Part shown: one piece after another, positions 55,677 to 64,000 of the stretch
Position numbering within the stretch: position 1 is the stretch's first letter
Layout: each line of letters starts with the position of its first letter
IMG/VR virus record: IMGVR_UViG_3300045988_129927
Source of the DNA: a virus
DNA: 64,000 nucleotides
Strand: one strand, 5' to 3'
The notes under the pieces: generated by a model
Database searches by the model: none
What the model was told of the DNA's origin: nothing
The model's input: the letters and a program-made list of their open reading frames with translations, nothing else
Made by a program: the position numbers and the translations under genes

Positions 55677-58061
55677 ATGCCTATTTCACCAGAAATGAAA
55701 ATTCGGTATGAGTTCGATAAATCAGGACGAAATCCGAATAACTTAGTATCTGAGGAAGGTCATGTACTGAACGATAGAGAAGTTAGAATTATTTCTCCTA
55801 GACACGCTCATTTTTATATTGAAAGTGTCGTGATTAAAGATAAGAAAACTAACCAAGTCGTTCCACGTGCTTCTTACTTCTTCGAAGATACTTCAGAAAC
55901 CATTGCAGGGTTAACAGGTTTAGGTGCAGCCTCTACCATTGTCTTAGTAGATAAAACAGTAAGTAAGAATATTTCTGTAACATACCAAGCAGTAGGTGGT
56001 CAGTTTACTTCTATCGATATCCCTGCATTACAAAATAAATTAAACAGTCTTAATTTAGACAACCGACCAGTGTCTTGGTTGAATATTGCTAATAAACCAG
56101 ATGCATTCCCACCAGCAGAACACTTCCATCCTATTTGGCAAACTTACGGTTACGAAGGTTTAATCTACGTTATTGAACGTTTGATTAAAGCCACCTTAAT
56201 TGGTGATGAGGAATCCCATAATGTGATTTGGGAAGCCATTGGTGGATTTGATGCTAAGTTAGAGAAACTAAAAAATAAAGTAGATGTTGATGTTGCTAAC
56301 TTAATTGGTGATAACAATAATGGTATTACTAATAAGTTAGAAGAACTGAAACGTCAAATTAACAATGACATTCTTAACAAAGTAAGAGGCTTGCAAACAT
56401 CTCTAGATAACCACATTAACGCACGTGGTAATGTCCATGGTTTAACATTAGACAATATTAAACAGTTAGGTGTATATTCTAAACCAGAGATTGATGAGCG
56501 TGTAGGTGCGTTAAATACCAGTATCAATACCCTAAAAGGGACTATGTATACTAAACAACAAGTAGACGCATTATTGCCTCCTATTCGTGATTCTATTACA
56601 CAATTGGAAGGTGTAGTCAATGCAGATAAGAAAAACTTAGCTGACAATTACTATAACAAGCAGAATGTAGATAGTAAAGATACTGCTGTAAAAGATTTTG
56701 CTTGGTCTAATAAAGCCATTATGGAAAACATTGTAAGTAAAATGTTATTTGGTAAGTACACACAACCAGGTAAACAGATTACTCGTGAGAATGGCACTAA
56801 AGCTAACTTAGATGAATCTGAAATCAATACAGAAATGAGACGCGTATTTGGTAATACACCTAAATTAGCGAAAGACATTATTCCTATTTCTACAGCGGCT
56901 AATAACCAATTGCGTTGGAATGGTGATGGCTTGTACTATGGTAACGTACCAGATGATATCTTTGCTAACGTTTATGTAGACCCAGACGCTGGTTTAGATG
57001 AACCTATTACGTTTGAGAATAAACGTGGTACGAAAGAAAAACCATTGGCTACTATTGGTTATGCCCTAGCTCAAGGCCCATCAGATGTACGTCGTACTAT
57101 TCTTTTAAAAGAAGGTAAGACTCACGTTATTGGTAAACGATTGGTTTCTGTAACAGGTACGACTGCTACATACGAATCTAATCCAGTAAACCATAAAGAC
57201 GGTAATGAAGTACACTTTAGAGGTGGTAATATTGAATTCATCCCTTATGGTCCTAATACCGACGAAATCTACGCTAAAGCTCGTGCTATTCGTACTAGAT
57301 TTAATGATTATGCAAATACTTCAGAAGAGCGTCAACAAGAGATTATTAATCTTGGCTGTAAGATTGAATTTAGAGGTGCTTATGTAGGTAATAACTTAAC
57401 AAGAGGTGGTAAAACATATCCTACCTTTACTCGTTATTGTTTGTCTATTTCTAATAACACCAATTTGTCTTTTACTGGTTTAACTATTGTTTATAATACA
57501 GACCCTGTAGCAGACGCTAAAGTAAAAGCAGACGAATTTGTTTATTCTTCTACTAATATCTTTAACTGGTGGAATACATTTACCATTAACTTCCAAGGTT
57601 GTGCATTCAGCACTGGTGAGAGAGCGGCTTATGATAACAAAGGTGGTAAGATGACCATTAACTTGTTCTCACCATCTGTAGCTGCTCAGACATTCTCATT
57701 TGATAACTGTTGGATGACTAAGAGATTCTATACTGGTGAAAACAATGTGATTGAGTTTGGTAACTCTACTAACTCTGCGATTAAGTTTAACCGATTAGAT
57801 AGAGACATTGTAGGCATGCCTACATTTGTACCAGGTAAGACTTATTATACTGGTTTGAAGATTAAGTCAGGTATCTTCTTCAATGTTAAAACAAACATTG
57901 AACCTACACAAGCAGAAGAACTTAATACCAATAAAGCAGGTGCACCTAGTGGTACACGCCCTGCTGAAATTGAGGTATTAGGTGATAAAGTATTTGCTGT
58001 TTACCATGATGGCAATACTATTCAACGTATTCAAGTATCTCCTGCACGTTGGGCTGGTTAG
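55677..58061 (+). CDS. tail fibre protein (second paralogue)
   Basis: Start at MPISPEMK (RBS aaggaatttagaaATG). Shares with 52752-55589 the N-terminal domain, EHFH and INARGNVHGLT motifs, and a C-terminal PARW. Confidence 0.7.
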   Translation: MPISPEMKIRYEFDKSGRNPNNLVSEEGHVLNDREVRIISPRHAHFYIESVVIKDKKTNQVVPRASYFFEDTSETIAGLTGLGAASTIVLVDKTVSKNISVTYQAVGGQFTSIDIPALQNKLNSLNLDNRPVSWLNIANKPDAFPPAEHFHPIWQTYGYEGLIYVIERLIKATLIGDEESHNVIWEAIGGFDAKLEKLKNKVDVDVANLIGDNNNGITNKLEELKRQINNDILNKVRGLQTSLDNHINARGNVHGLTLDNIKQLGVYSKPEIDERVGALNTSINTLKGTMYTKQQVDALLPPIRDSITQLEGVVNADKKNLADNYYNKQNVDSKDTAVKDFAWSNKAIMENIVSKMLFGKYTQPGKQITRENGTKANLDESEINTEMRRVFGNTPKLAKDIIPISTAANNQLRWNGDGLYYGNVPDDIFANVYVDPDAGLDEPITFENKRGTKEKPLATIGYALAQGPSDVRRTILLKEGKTHVIGKRLVSVTGTTATYESNPVNHKDGNEVHFRGGNIEFIPYGPNTDEIYAKARAIRTRFNDYANTSEERQQEIINLGCKIEFRGAYVGNNLTRGGKTYPTFTRYCLSISNNTNLSFTGLTIVYNTDPVADAKVKADEFVYSSTNIFNWWNTFTINFQGCAFSTGERAAYDNKGGKMTINLFSPSVAAQTFSFDNCWMTKRFYTGENNVIEFGNSTNSAIKFNRLDRDIVGMPTFVPGKTYYTGLKIKSGIFFNVKTNIEPTQAEELNTNKAGAPSGTRPAEIEVLGDKVFAVYHDGNTIQRIQVSPARWAG

Positions 58062-58073
58062 ACATAAAGTAAA

Positions 58074-58109
58074 TTATACTACACTAGGAAATATCCTAGT
58101 GTAGTATAA
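58074..58109. terminator. bidirectional hairpin terminator
   Basis: ttatactacactagga / tcctagtgtagtataa, a 16-bp perfect stem. Confidence 0.65.
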
Positions 58110-58113
58110 TTAT

Positions 58114-59772
58114 TTATCTACTGATTGGTTCTGTTTTAAGATATACTTGTCTTATAGTGAGTCTTCTATTTTTATTTCTAATACGGTCTAATACAGAATT
58201 ACGATTATAGCCACTATCAGAACGCCATGTCTCATTACCTATAATAAAAATAAACGTTATTTCATCACCATTTTTAATATCTAGGTGAGATAAACCATAT
58301 TTTATAACTGGGGAATAGTTCCAACCTCCTTTACCATACCATAATGAAGTACCACCACTACCATGTTCTTTAAGACTATTGTTAGTAGAATATGCGGCAA
58401 TTAAGGCACCATTTCGTCTTATCTCTATGCCTTCACCAACAGTTGTTTCATCACCACTATTAGTTAATTCATGGTAAATATGGTGAATTTTTCTATTAAA
58501 TCCTTTAACAATATATTTAAATTTATAAGTTGTACCAGATGAATTAATAGTCAAATATTCTTCATCTCTATCATTATAGATAATTTCTCTATTAATGGTT
58601 TCTAAAGGTACAGATTCAAGATTACCGTTAGGATCAATAGCGAAATCATCACTCCAGATTAATTCAGTAATTGTAAAATTAATCCAACTATTATCACCAC
58701 GGTCGCCATGTGTTTTAACTGTTATTTTTAATATAAGATCATCATATCCATTTTCAGTTAATATAATAGGATTATTAAATGTAAAAGTATGATTACCGTC
58801 TCCACCACCTAAACTTCTACTATTAGCGCCACCGACAACAGTACCATTTCTTTCATTTAATACGATGATTTCGTTAAAACGTAATTCGTGTCTATGACTA
58901 CCACCATTTCTATCTAATGCTATAGAGAAACCTTTTAAATTTCTGGTTACTTTAGGTAATTTAAAATATAATCCCTTTTCAGCTTCACCAAAGAATGTAC
59001 GAATTTGTACTCTATTGGTACCGTATGTTTCATGGCTATCTTCACCTGGTCGACCATAATACGGTTCATTAGCGTAATATTTAATATCATTCACTACAGG
59101 ATCAGGTAAACGTACTTCGTAATTTAAAGGATTATTAGCACTATTTTCTACAATCTTACGAAACCATTTTTTACAAACACCATTAAAATCATCAGAGTTA
59201 ATGATCTTGTTTCTAACTTCATTGTAATCGATTAGATTAGAAGGAGTACTACCATTACCAATAGCATAATGTGTACTTTCCGAAAACACACGATTACCTT
59301 TTTTAATAGTAATCTTTAATTTAGATAAAGTACCTAATTTATTAATAGTTTCACTAAAAGTATTACTTAAGTCATCGATGGTAATATCACCTTCTCTGTC
59401 TTTAAAGTCAGATAATTTTAAATAATCATGCATACACATGAATCCGTATTCATTACTTAAATAAGCATTACCTAACATATTCACTAAACCAGCGTGCATA
59501 CCATTATCATGCCAACCACCAAAATTACCCATAGGTACAAAATAGTAATCACGACTATATTTAGGAATATGGTTGGTTCTTTCAATGACTTGTTTATTGA
59601 AAATATCTAATACAGATTGTTTAGTAACAGGTTGACCAGCTTTATCAGTGAATTCTTCAATAGTAGTCTCTACAGCCCCAGGGGTCATTACTACATTAGG
59701 ACCATCGTTATTTCTTAACATCTCTAGAGTCGCTCTAGAGTATTTTCTTGGTAAATGAATTTCAATTGCCAT
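58114..59772 (-). CDS. hypothetical protein in receptor-binding module
   Basis: 552-aa G/N-rich ORF with no motif. Confidence 0.7.
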   Translation of the reverse strand: MAIEIHLPRKYSRATLEMLRNNDGPNVVMTPGAVETTIEEFTDKAGQPVTKQSVLDIFNKQVIERTNHIPKYSRDYYFVPMGNFGGWHDNGMHAGLVNMLGNAYLSNEYGFMCMHDYLKLSDFKDREGDITIDDLSNTFSETINKLGTLSKLKITIKKGNRVFSESTHYAIGNGSTPSNLIDYNEVRNKIINSDDFNGVCKKWFRKIVENSANNPLNYEVRLPDPVVNDIKYYANEPYYGRPGEDSHETYGTNRVQIRTFFGEAEKGLYFKLPKVTRNLKGFSIALDRNGGSHRHELRFNEIIVLNERNGTVVGGANSRSLGGGDGNHTFTFNNPIILTENGYDDLILKITVKTHGDRGDNSWINFTITELIWSDDFAIDPNGNLESVPLETINREIIYNDRDEEYLTINSSGTTYKFKYIVKGFNRKIHHIYHELTNSGDETTVGEGIEIRRNGALIAAYSTNNSLKEHGSGGTSLWYGKGGWNYSPVIKYGLSHLDIKNGDEITFIFIIGNETWRSDSGYNRNSVLDRIRNKNRRLTIRQVYLKTEPISR

Positions 59773-59906
59773 ATCTTATTTCCTTATTCAAAAGGTTTAT
59801 AGGTTATTCTCATACGAATAAATAATAATTACTACGTGTAAAACATGGGATACAATAAGTAAAAACTATGAACCAAACACGTTACACACAACAAAAAGGA
59901 ATCAAA

Positions 59907-61598
59907 ATGATTGATGTAAAAAATTACTTTATGTGTCCCTCATGTTCAGACCAACATAATCGGACATTTACAGAAGCTCTAGAGTTAGCGATTGAATACG
60001 CTGATAAACTAGAGGATTTCGTGTATATTGACGAAGGTGAATATACTTTAGAAAAACAGATTACCATTAGCCCGACTAAAAATAAAGGTTGTAAAGGTAT
60101 TTTAGGCGCAGGCATGGGTAAAACCAAAATTAAATTTAACTGGCCTCAGACTATTGACTGGGACCCTAGAACAAACTCAACAGATGCTCGTTCACAAGCA
60201 GGTATTCTTTTAGAACATGTTTCTAAACGTTTGATATCAAATTTATCATTAACTTACGAAGGTGAATTCTATCGTAAAGGTGAATCCTACTTTGGTACCA
60301 TTAATGGTATTTACATGGAACACACAGATGATTGCTTAATCTCTCAAGTAGAAGTAACAGGCTGTAACCGTGCAGGTGTATTTTTAAATACCGTAGACAA
60401 AAAAGTAATGGAAGGTGCGAAAAAACACCATTCACAAGGTATGGATCCTAAATTGATTGGTTTACCTAAAGGCAATAAAATCGTAGGTTGTAATCTACAC
60501 CACAATCGCGTAGCAGGTATTCTTTCTGCATGGCAAGAAGACTTAGTGGTACGAGATAACTATCTGAATCATAATGGTCACGCTGCTGACGGTGGTACGG
60601 GTTATGGTATTGCAATGGGTTCTGGTTCTGTTAATATTAATTTCTTAGTAGAAAATAACCATGCTGAAGGTAACTTCCGTAAAGGCTTAGATGTACATGA
60701 TGCTTGGTCTGGTAAGTTCGTTAATAACCGTGTCATTAAAAATCGTTTCCATGGTATTGCTATTGAATCACGTGGCTATCCATCTAATGGTGTAGATGTT
60801 ATTGATAACTATATTACATTTGATAAAACCTTCCGTTTAGTAGCAGATGATGAAATCCCTGTACGTACCAGTATGGACTATTATCAACAACGTGCTATCC
60901 GTATTGAAACCAAACCACAAGATTGGCAACCATGGAAAGGTCAACCTACCCGCCCTATCTATAATGTTACAGGTAACGTAATACGTGGCGTAGAGTGGGA
61001 GACAGATAAACAACAAGGTATCCACCGCGTGATTGAGATTCGTAATAATGACCAAGACCCAAATGTTATTCCTACTTGGAACATTAAAGACAATGATATT
61101 GAAGCAGTAGATGTTTCAGATATTATGTTCTGTATTGCCCCTGCTCAAGTAGTCAATGGTTTAGGTAATGTAGTAGTAGAGAACAACCGTTTTGTATCTA
61201 AACGTGTCCGTTCAGCTCCAGTAACATTCCAAGAAGAGAATACTTCTAAATTACGTGAAAACTCAATTATCTTTAGAAATAACACAATCAGTGTTACTGA
61301 ACTTAATGTTTACATTAAAGCCCTGATTATTATCTCTACAGATAAGAAACTGACTATAGAGAATAACACTATTGACTTAGTAGATAACTTTAATAAACCA
61401 CTGTTTGATATTACATCAAAAGAGGATTATAAAGACCAAATCAATTGGACACTAAGTTCTAATGTATTCTCCTCTACAGTAAATGCCGATGTATTTAAAC
61501 GTATCTTATTGGTTAAAGAGAATAACTGTAAAGTGACTCAAACCGGTAATACTTATTTACAAAAGATTACTGCTGAATTACCAGATAAAACATATTAA
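59907..61598 (+). CDS. right-handed parallel beta-helix protein (tailspike / depolymerase-like)
   Basis: Start at MIDVKNYF (RBS aaaaaggaatcaaaATG). Has PbH1-like repeats: NRVAGILSAWQEDLVVRDNYLNHNGHA, GYGIAMGSGSVNINFLVENNHAEGNFRKGLDV, VNNRVIKNRFHGIAIES. Confidence 0.7.
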   Translation: MIDVKNYFMCPSCSDQHNRTFTEALELAIEYADKLEDFVYIDEGEYTLEKQITISPTKNKGCKGILGAGMGKTKIKFNWPQTIDWDPRTNSTDARSQAGILLEHVSKRLISNLSLTYEGEFYRKGESYFGTINGIYMEHTDDCLISQVEVTGCNRAGVFLNTVDKKVMEGAKKHHSQGMDPKLIGLPKGNKIVGCNLHHNRVAGILSAWQEDLVVRDNYLNHNGHAADGGTGYGIAMGSGSVNINFLVENNHAEGNFRKGLDVHDAWSGKFVNNRVIKNRFHGIAIESRGYPSNGVDVIDNYITFDKTFRLVADDEIPVRTSMDYYQQRAIRIETKPQDWQPWKGQPTRPIYNVTGNVIRGVEWETDKQQGIHRVIEIRNNDQDPNVIPTWNIKDNDIEAVDVSDIMFCIAPAQVVNGLGNVVVENNRFVSKRVRSAPVTFQEENTSKLRENSIIFRNNTISVTELNVYIKALIIISTDKKLTIENNTIDLVDNFNKPLFDITSKEDYKDQINWTLSSNVFSSTVNADVFKRILLVKENNCKVTQTGNTYLQKITAELPDKTY

Positions 61599-61616
61599 AA
61601 ATATATTGATTAATAC

Positions 61617-61651
61617 TAATACTACTCTACCCAAAAGGTAGAGTAGTATTA
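61617..61651. terminator. bidirectional hairpin terminator
   Basis: taatactactctacc / ggtagagtagtatta, a 15-bp perfect stem. Confidence 0.65.
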
Positions 61652-61657
61652 GCTATA

Positions 61658-62188
61658 TTAAAACACAAACAAATGGTGTTCTGAATGACCAGTAGGACCA
61701 GTGATGATTTCACTCACACCTGGGACATTGGTATCTTTCTTACCTACTTCACCGTAGATTGGTTTATGGAAGTTAAAGTAAACAGGAATTTGTTCAATAA
61801 AACAATATTCCACAATACTACCTGACAACCAATTAGGAACATCTTCACCGATTAATACACCATCATAAAGTTCAATAGGTTTAGGTGGTACTGGGAAATC
61901 AGCCAAGTAACCATTCTTTTCATATTCTTGCTGTTTCTCTTCACTCAAAAGCAAGAACTTCTCTTTCCATTCATCCATTTCTTCAGAGCGTTTCTTACTT
62001 TCTTCAGCACGTGTCTTAATACAACGTACAGCTTCTTGAACAATATTAAATGCATTAAAGTCAATTTGATTACGGTCAGGTACAGTAATAAAGTTCAGTA
62101 AACCTTTAATCTTTTCATTAGGCTCATCAACATTCAAACCATTGATTTGTGTATACTTATGTTTATCTGCAGAGATTGGGAATAACAT
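61658..62188 (-). CDS. hypothetical protein
   Basis: 176-aa ORF with no motif. Confidence 0.65.
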   Translation of the reverse strand: MLFPISADKHKYTQINGLNVDEPNEKIKGLLNFITVPDRNQIDFNAFNIVQEAVRCIKTRAEESKKRSEEMDEWKEKFLLLSEEKQQEYEKNGYLADFPVPPKPIELYDGVLIGEDVPNWLSGSIVEYCFIEQIPVYFNFHKPIYGEVGKKDTNVPGVSEIITGPTGHSEHHLFVF

Positions 62189-62250
62189 AATCGTTCCTTT
62201 GTGTTAAAAAAAAATAAATGTATTACATAATTAATTAAATAACGGAATAA

Positions 62251-62279
62251 ATTAGGTAGAGTAACATACTCTACCTAAT
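62251..62279 (-). terminator. hairpin terminator downstream of topoisomerase gene
   Basis: attaggtagagta / tactctacctaat stem. Confidence 0.6.
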
Positions 62280-62282
62280 CTA

Positions 62283-64000
62283 CTATTTACCGTTTAGTAA
62301 ATCGTCTACTTCAGCTAATTGTAAACCAGAGATATCTGCATAATCATTTGCAGACACAATGGTTCGACACTTAGGGAAACGATTACAAGAGAAGAAATTA
62401 CCTCGTTTACCAGAACGAATCACTAATTGTCCTTTCTTACAACTAGGACAAGTCGTTCCAGTATTTACTGCTTTAGCCTTTTCAGTACCATCGATATTAC
62501 AACTATACTTACAAGGATTTTCTTTACGAGAATAATTTTCACATCCTACAAACTTACGTCCTTTAAAACCTTCTTTAATTAAAAGACGACCATTGCACTC
62601 AGGACATTTCTTACCTTCAAATACAACTTCTTCTTTCTTAGGACGATTGTTTTCTAAACTCTCTTTAAAACCACACTTCTTATCTGGACAAGATTTATAC
62701 TTACCGTATTTACCTTGCATTAAGTTAAGATTGTGTTGACCACACTTAGGACAGAGTTCAGCCATTTCTTCAATCTTACCAAATACAGATTTAGCTTCTT
62801 TAGCGGTTCTTTCTACGACTTGATAGAAAGGATTCCAAAAGTCGTACATAACCTGTTTCCAGTTTAGTTCACCTGAAGCAATCTTATCTAACTGTACATT
62901 CAAATCAGAAGTATAGTTATAATCGATGTATTTAGAAAAGTATTGTAGCAAGAAGTTAATGACTTGTTCACCAATGTCATTTAACACGAATCGTTGCCCA
63001 TCCATGCTAACATATGCTCTGTCTTTTAATACACGAATAATATTAGCATAAGTCGAAGGTCGACCAATACCATAGTCTTCAAGTGTTTTTACCAAAGAAG
63101 CTTCGTTATATCTAGCAGGTGGTTTAGTCTGGTGTTCTTCACATTTGAAATCGACTACTTCTACTTTATCATGGTATTCCAATTCAGGTAATTTAGTATT
63201 CTCTTCTTTATCAGAATCTAAATCTTCACCTTCTTGATAAATAGCTAAGTAACCAGCAAACTTCAATACAGAACCAGAACTTCTAAAACCAAATTCTTTT
63301 AAGGTAAAAGAGACTGATAATGTATCAAATAGAGCAGGTTTCATCTGAGATGCTAGAGTACGTTCCCATATCAGCTTGTAGAGCTTGTATTCGTCGTTTC
63401 CTAGGCGATTCTTAACGTCGGTAGGGGTAAGGTATATGTCAGTGGGTCGAATGGCTTCGTGAGCCTCCTGTGCCCCTTTAGCGAGCTTCCCATATTCAAT
63501 CACATGTTCAGACATGTATTGCTTATAGTTCTTGCGACCAAATGCAAAGATATTATCCAATGCTTCTTGACTTAATGCGGTAGAGTCAGTACGCATATAG
63601 GTAATATAGCCATGGTCAGACTTACCATCACCTTCAAACAACTTCTGTGCTGTTTGCATGACACGTGTAGTCGTCCATCCTAATTTACGTACTGCATCTT
63701 GTTGTAAAGTAGAAGTACGATAAGGTGCTTTAGGTTTAACTGATTTCTTACCACGTTTTACATCAGAAACCAATAGCTTTTCACCTTTACCAATGTATTG
63801 ATTAATGGTGTCCTTATAACCATCTACAACATCTTTAGGAAATAAAGATTCTTCAAAAGACAATTTACCTAAGGCTACATCACCTACACGTACTAACTTA
63901 GCAGGGAATGTAATATTATCCTTATTACCAAATACGGTCATTGTCCAATAAGTAGTAGGAACAAACTTACGAATCTCTTGCTCTCTTTCTACAATTAAAC
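62283..64000 (-). CDS. topA: type IA DNA topoisomerase (Topo I), N-terminus beyond window edge
   Basis: YITYMRTDST (active-site Tyr region), GIGRPSTYA, EAHEAIRPT, and three C-terminal C4 zinc ribbons (CPKCG...CPDKKC, CPECNG...GCENY, CPSCKKG...CNRFPKC). The frame stays open upstream of the track Met (..EREQEIRKFVPTTYW). Confidence 0.9.
   Translation of the reverse strand, partial: LIVEREQEIRKFVPTTYWTMTVFGNKDNITFPAKLVRVGDVALGKLSFEESLFPKDVVDGYKDTINQYIGKGEKLLVSDVKRGKKSVKPKAPYRTSTLQQDAVRKLGWTTTRVMQTAQKLFEGDGKSDHGYITYMRTDSTALSQEALDNIFAFGRKNYKQYMSEHVIEYGKLAKGAQEAHEAIRPTDIYLTPTDVKNRLGNDEYKLYKLIWERTLASQMKPALFDTLSVSFTLKEFGFRSSGSVLKFAGYLAIYQEGEDLDSDKEENTKLPELEYHDKVEVVDFKCEEHQTKPPARYNEASLVKTLEDYGIGRPSTYANIIRVLKDRAYVSMDGQRFVLNDIGEQVINFLLQYFSKYIDYNYTSDLNVQLDKIASGELNWKQVMYDFWNPFYQVVERTAKEAKSVFGKIEEMAELCPKCGQHNLNLMQGKYGKYKSCPDKKCGFKESLENNRPKKEEVVFEGKKCPECNGRLLIKEGFKGRKFVGCENYSRKENPCKYSCNIDGTEKAKAVNTGTTCPSCKKGQLVIRSGKRGNFFSCNRFPKCRTIVSANDYADISGLQLAEVDDLLNGK

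Noticed and set aside
1-64000. TATG-containing motif 20-45 nt upstream of many start codons as phiKZ-type late promoters
   Set aside because: A 4-mer in ~35% GC DNA is expected by chance in most 40-140-nt spacers. I cannot show enrichment without computation, so I did not annotate promoters.
1-64000. CRISPR array, integrase or att sites, retron or DGR elements, toxin-antitoxin pairs
   Set aside because: There are no regularly spaced direct repeats. The repeated elements are inverted-repeat terminators at gene ends. No reverse transcriptase, recombinase or Cas-like motifs appear in any ORF.

Overview
This is an AT-rich (about one-third GC by eye), densely coded 64-kb segment of a jumbo tailed phage of the phiKZ type, meaning it encodes its own split multisubunit RNA polymerase (RNAP). 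I saw no host genes, integrase, CRISPR array or recognisable defence system. The window opens with three tRNAs (Asn-GTT truncated by the edge, Tyr-GTA, Leu-TAA). It contains four separate pieces of a split beta/beta-prime RNAP: 1761-3059, 14421-18869, 18866-22148 and 49129-49809. The beta-prime N-terminal gene is interrupted inside the catalytic DxDGD motif by a ~1.67-kb group I intron carrying an HNH homing endonuclease. Other supportable genes are:
- a T4 gp21-like prohead protease
- a 2811-aa virion protein with lytic-transglycosylase (SLT) plus Cys/His peptidase domains
- dihydrofolate reductase
- a Rad50/SbcC-like ATPase
- an HxH-apex central spike
- an RNase HI fusion protein
- a UvsX/RecA-like recombinase
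- two paralogous tail fibres
- a beta-helix tailspike
- a type IA topoisomerase running off the right edge

About 18 perfect hairpin terminators delimit small transcription units. Most remaining ORFs are hypothetical. The main unexplained signals are:
- a T8 tract that links a 627-aa ORF to a start-less 172-aa ORF in the -1 frame
- a translationally coupled operon of four very acidic proteins
- a DHFR gene bracketed by two copies of the same hairpin
- a dispersed RNAP beta C-terminal mini-gene

I did not find a clear-cut novel multi-gene system. All functional calls are motif recognition by eye; no searches were run, and hand-derived coordinates for RNAs, hairpins and the intron may be off by 1-2 nt.
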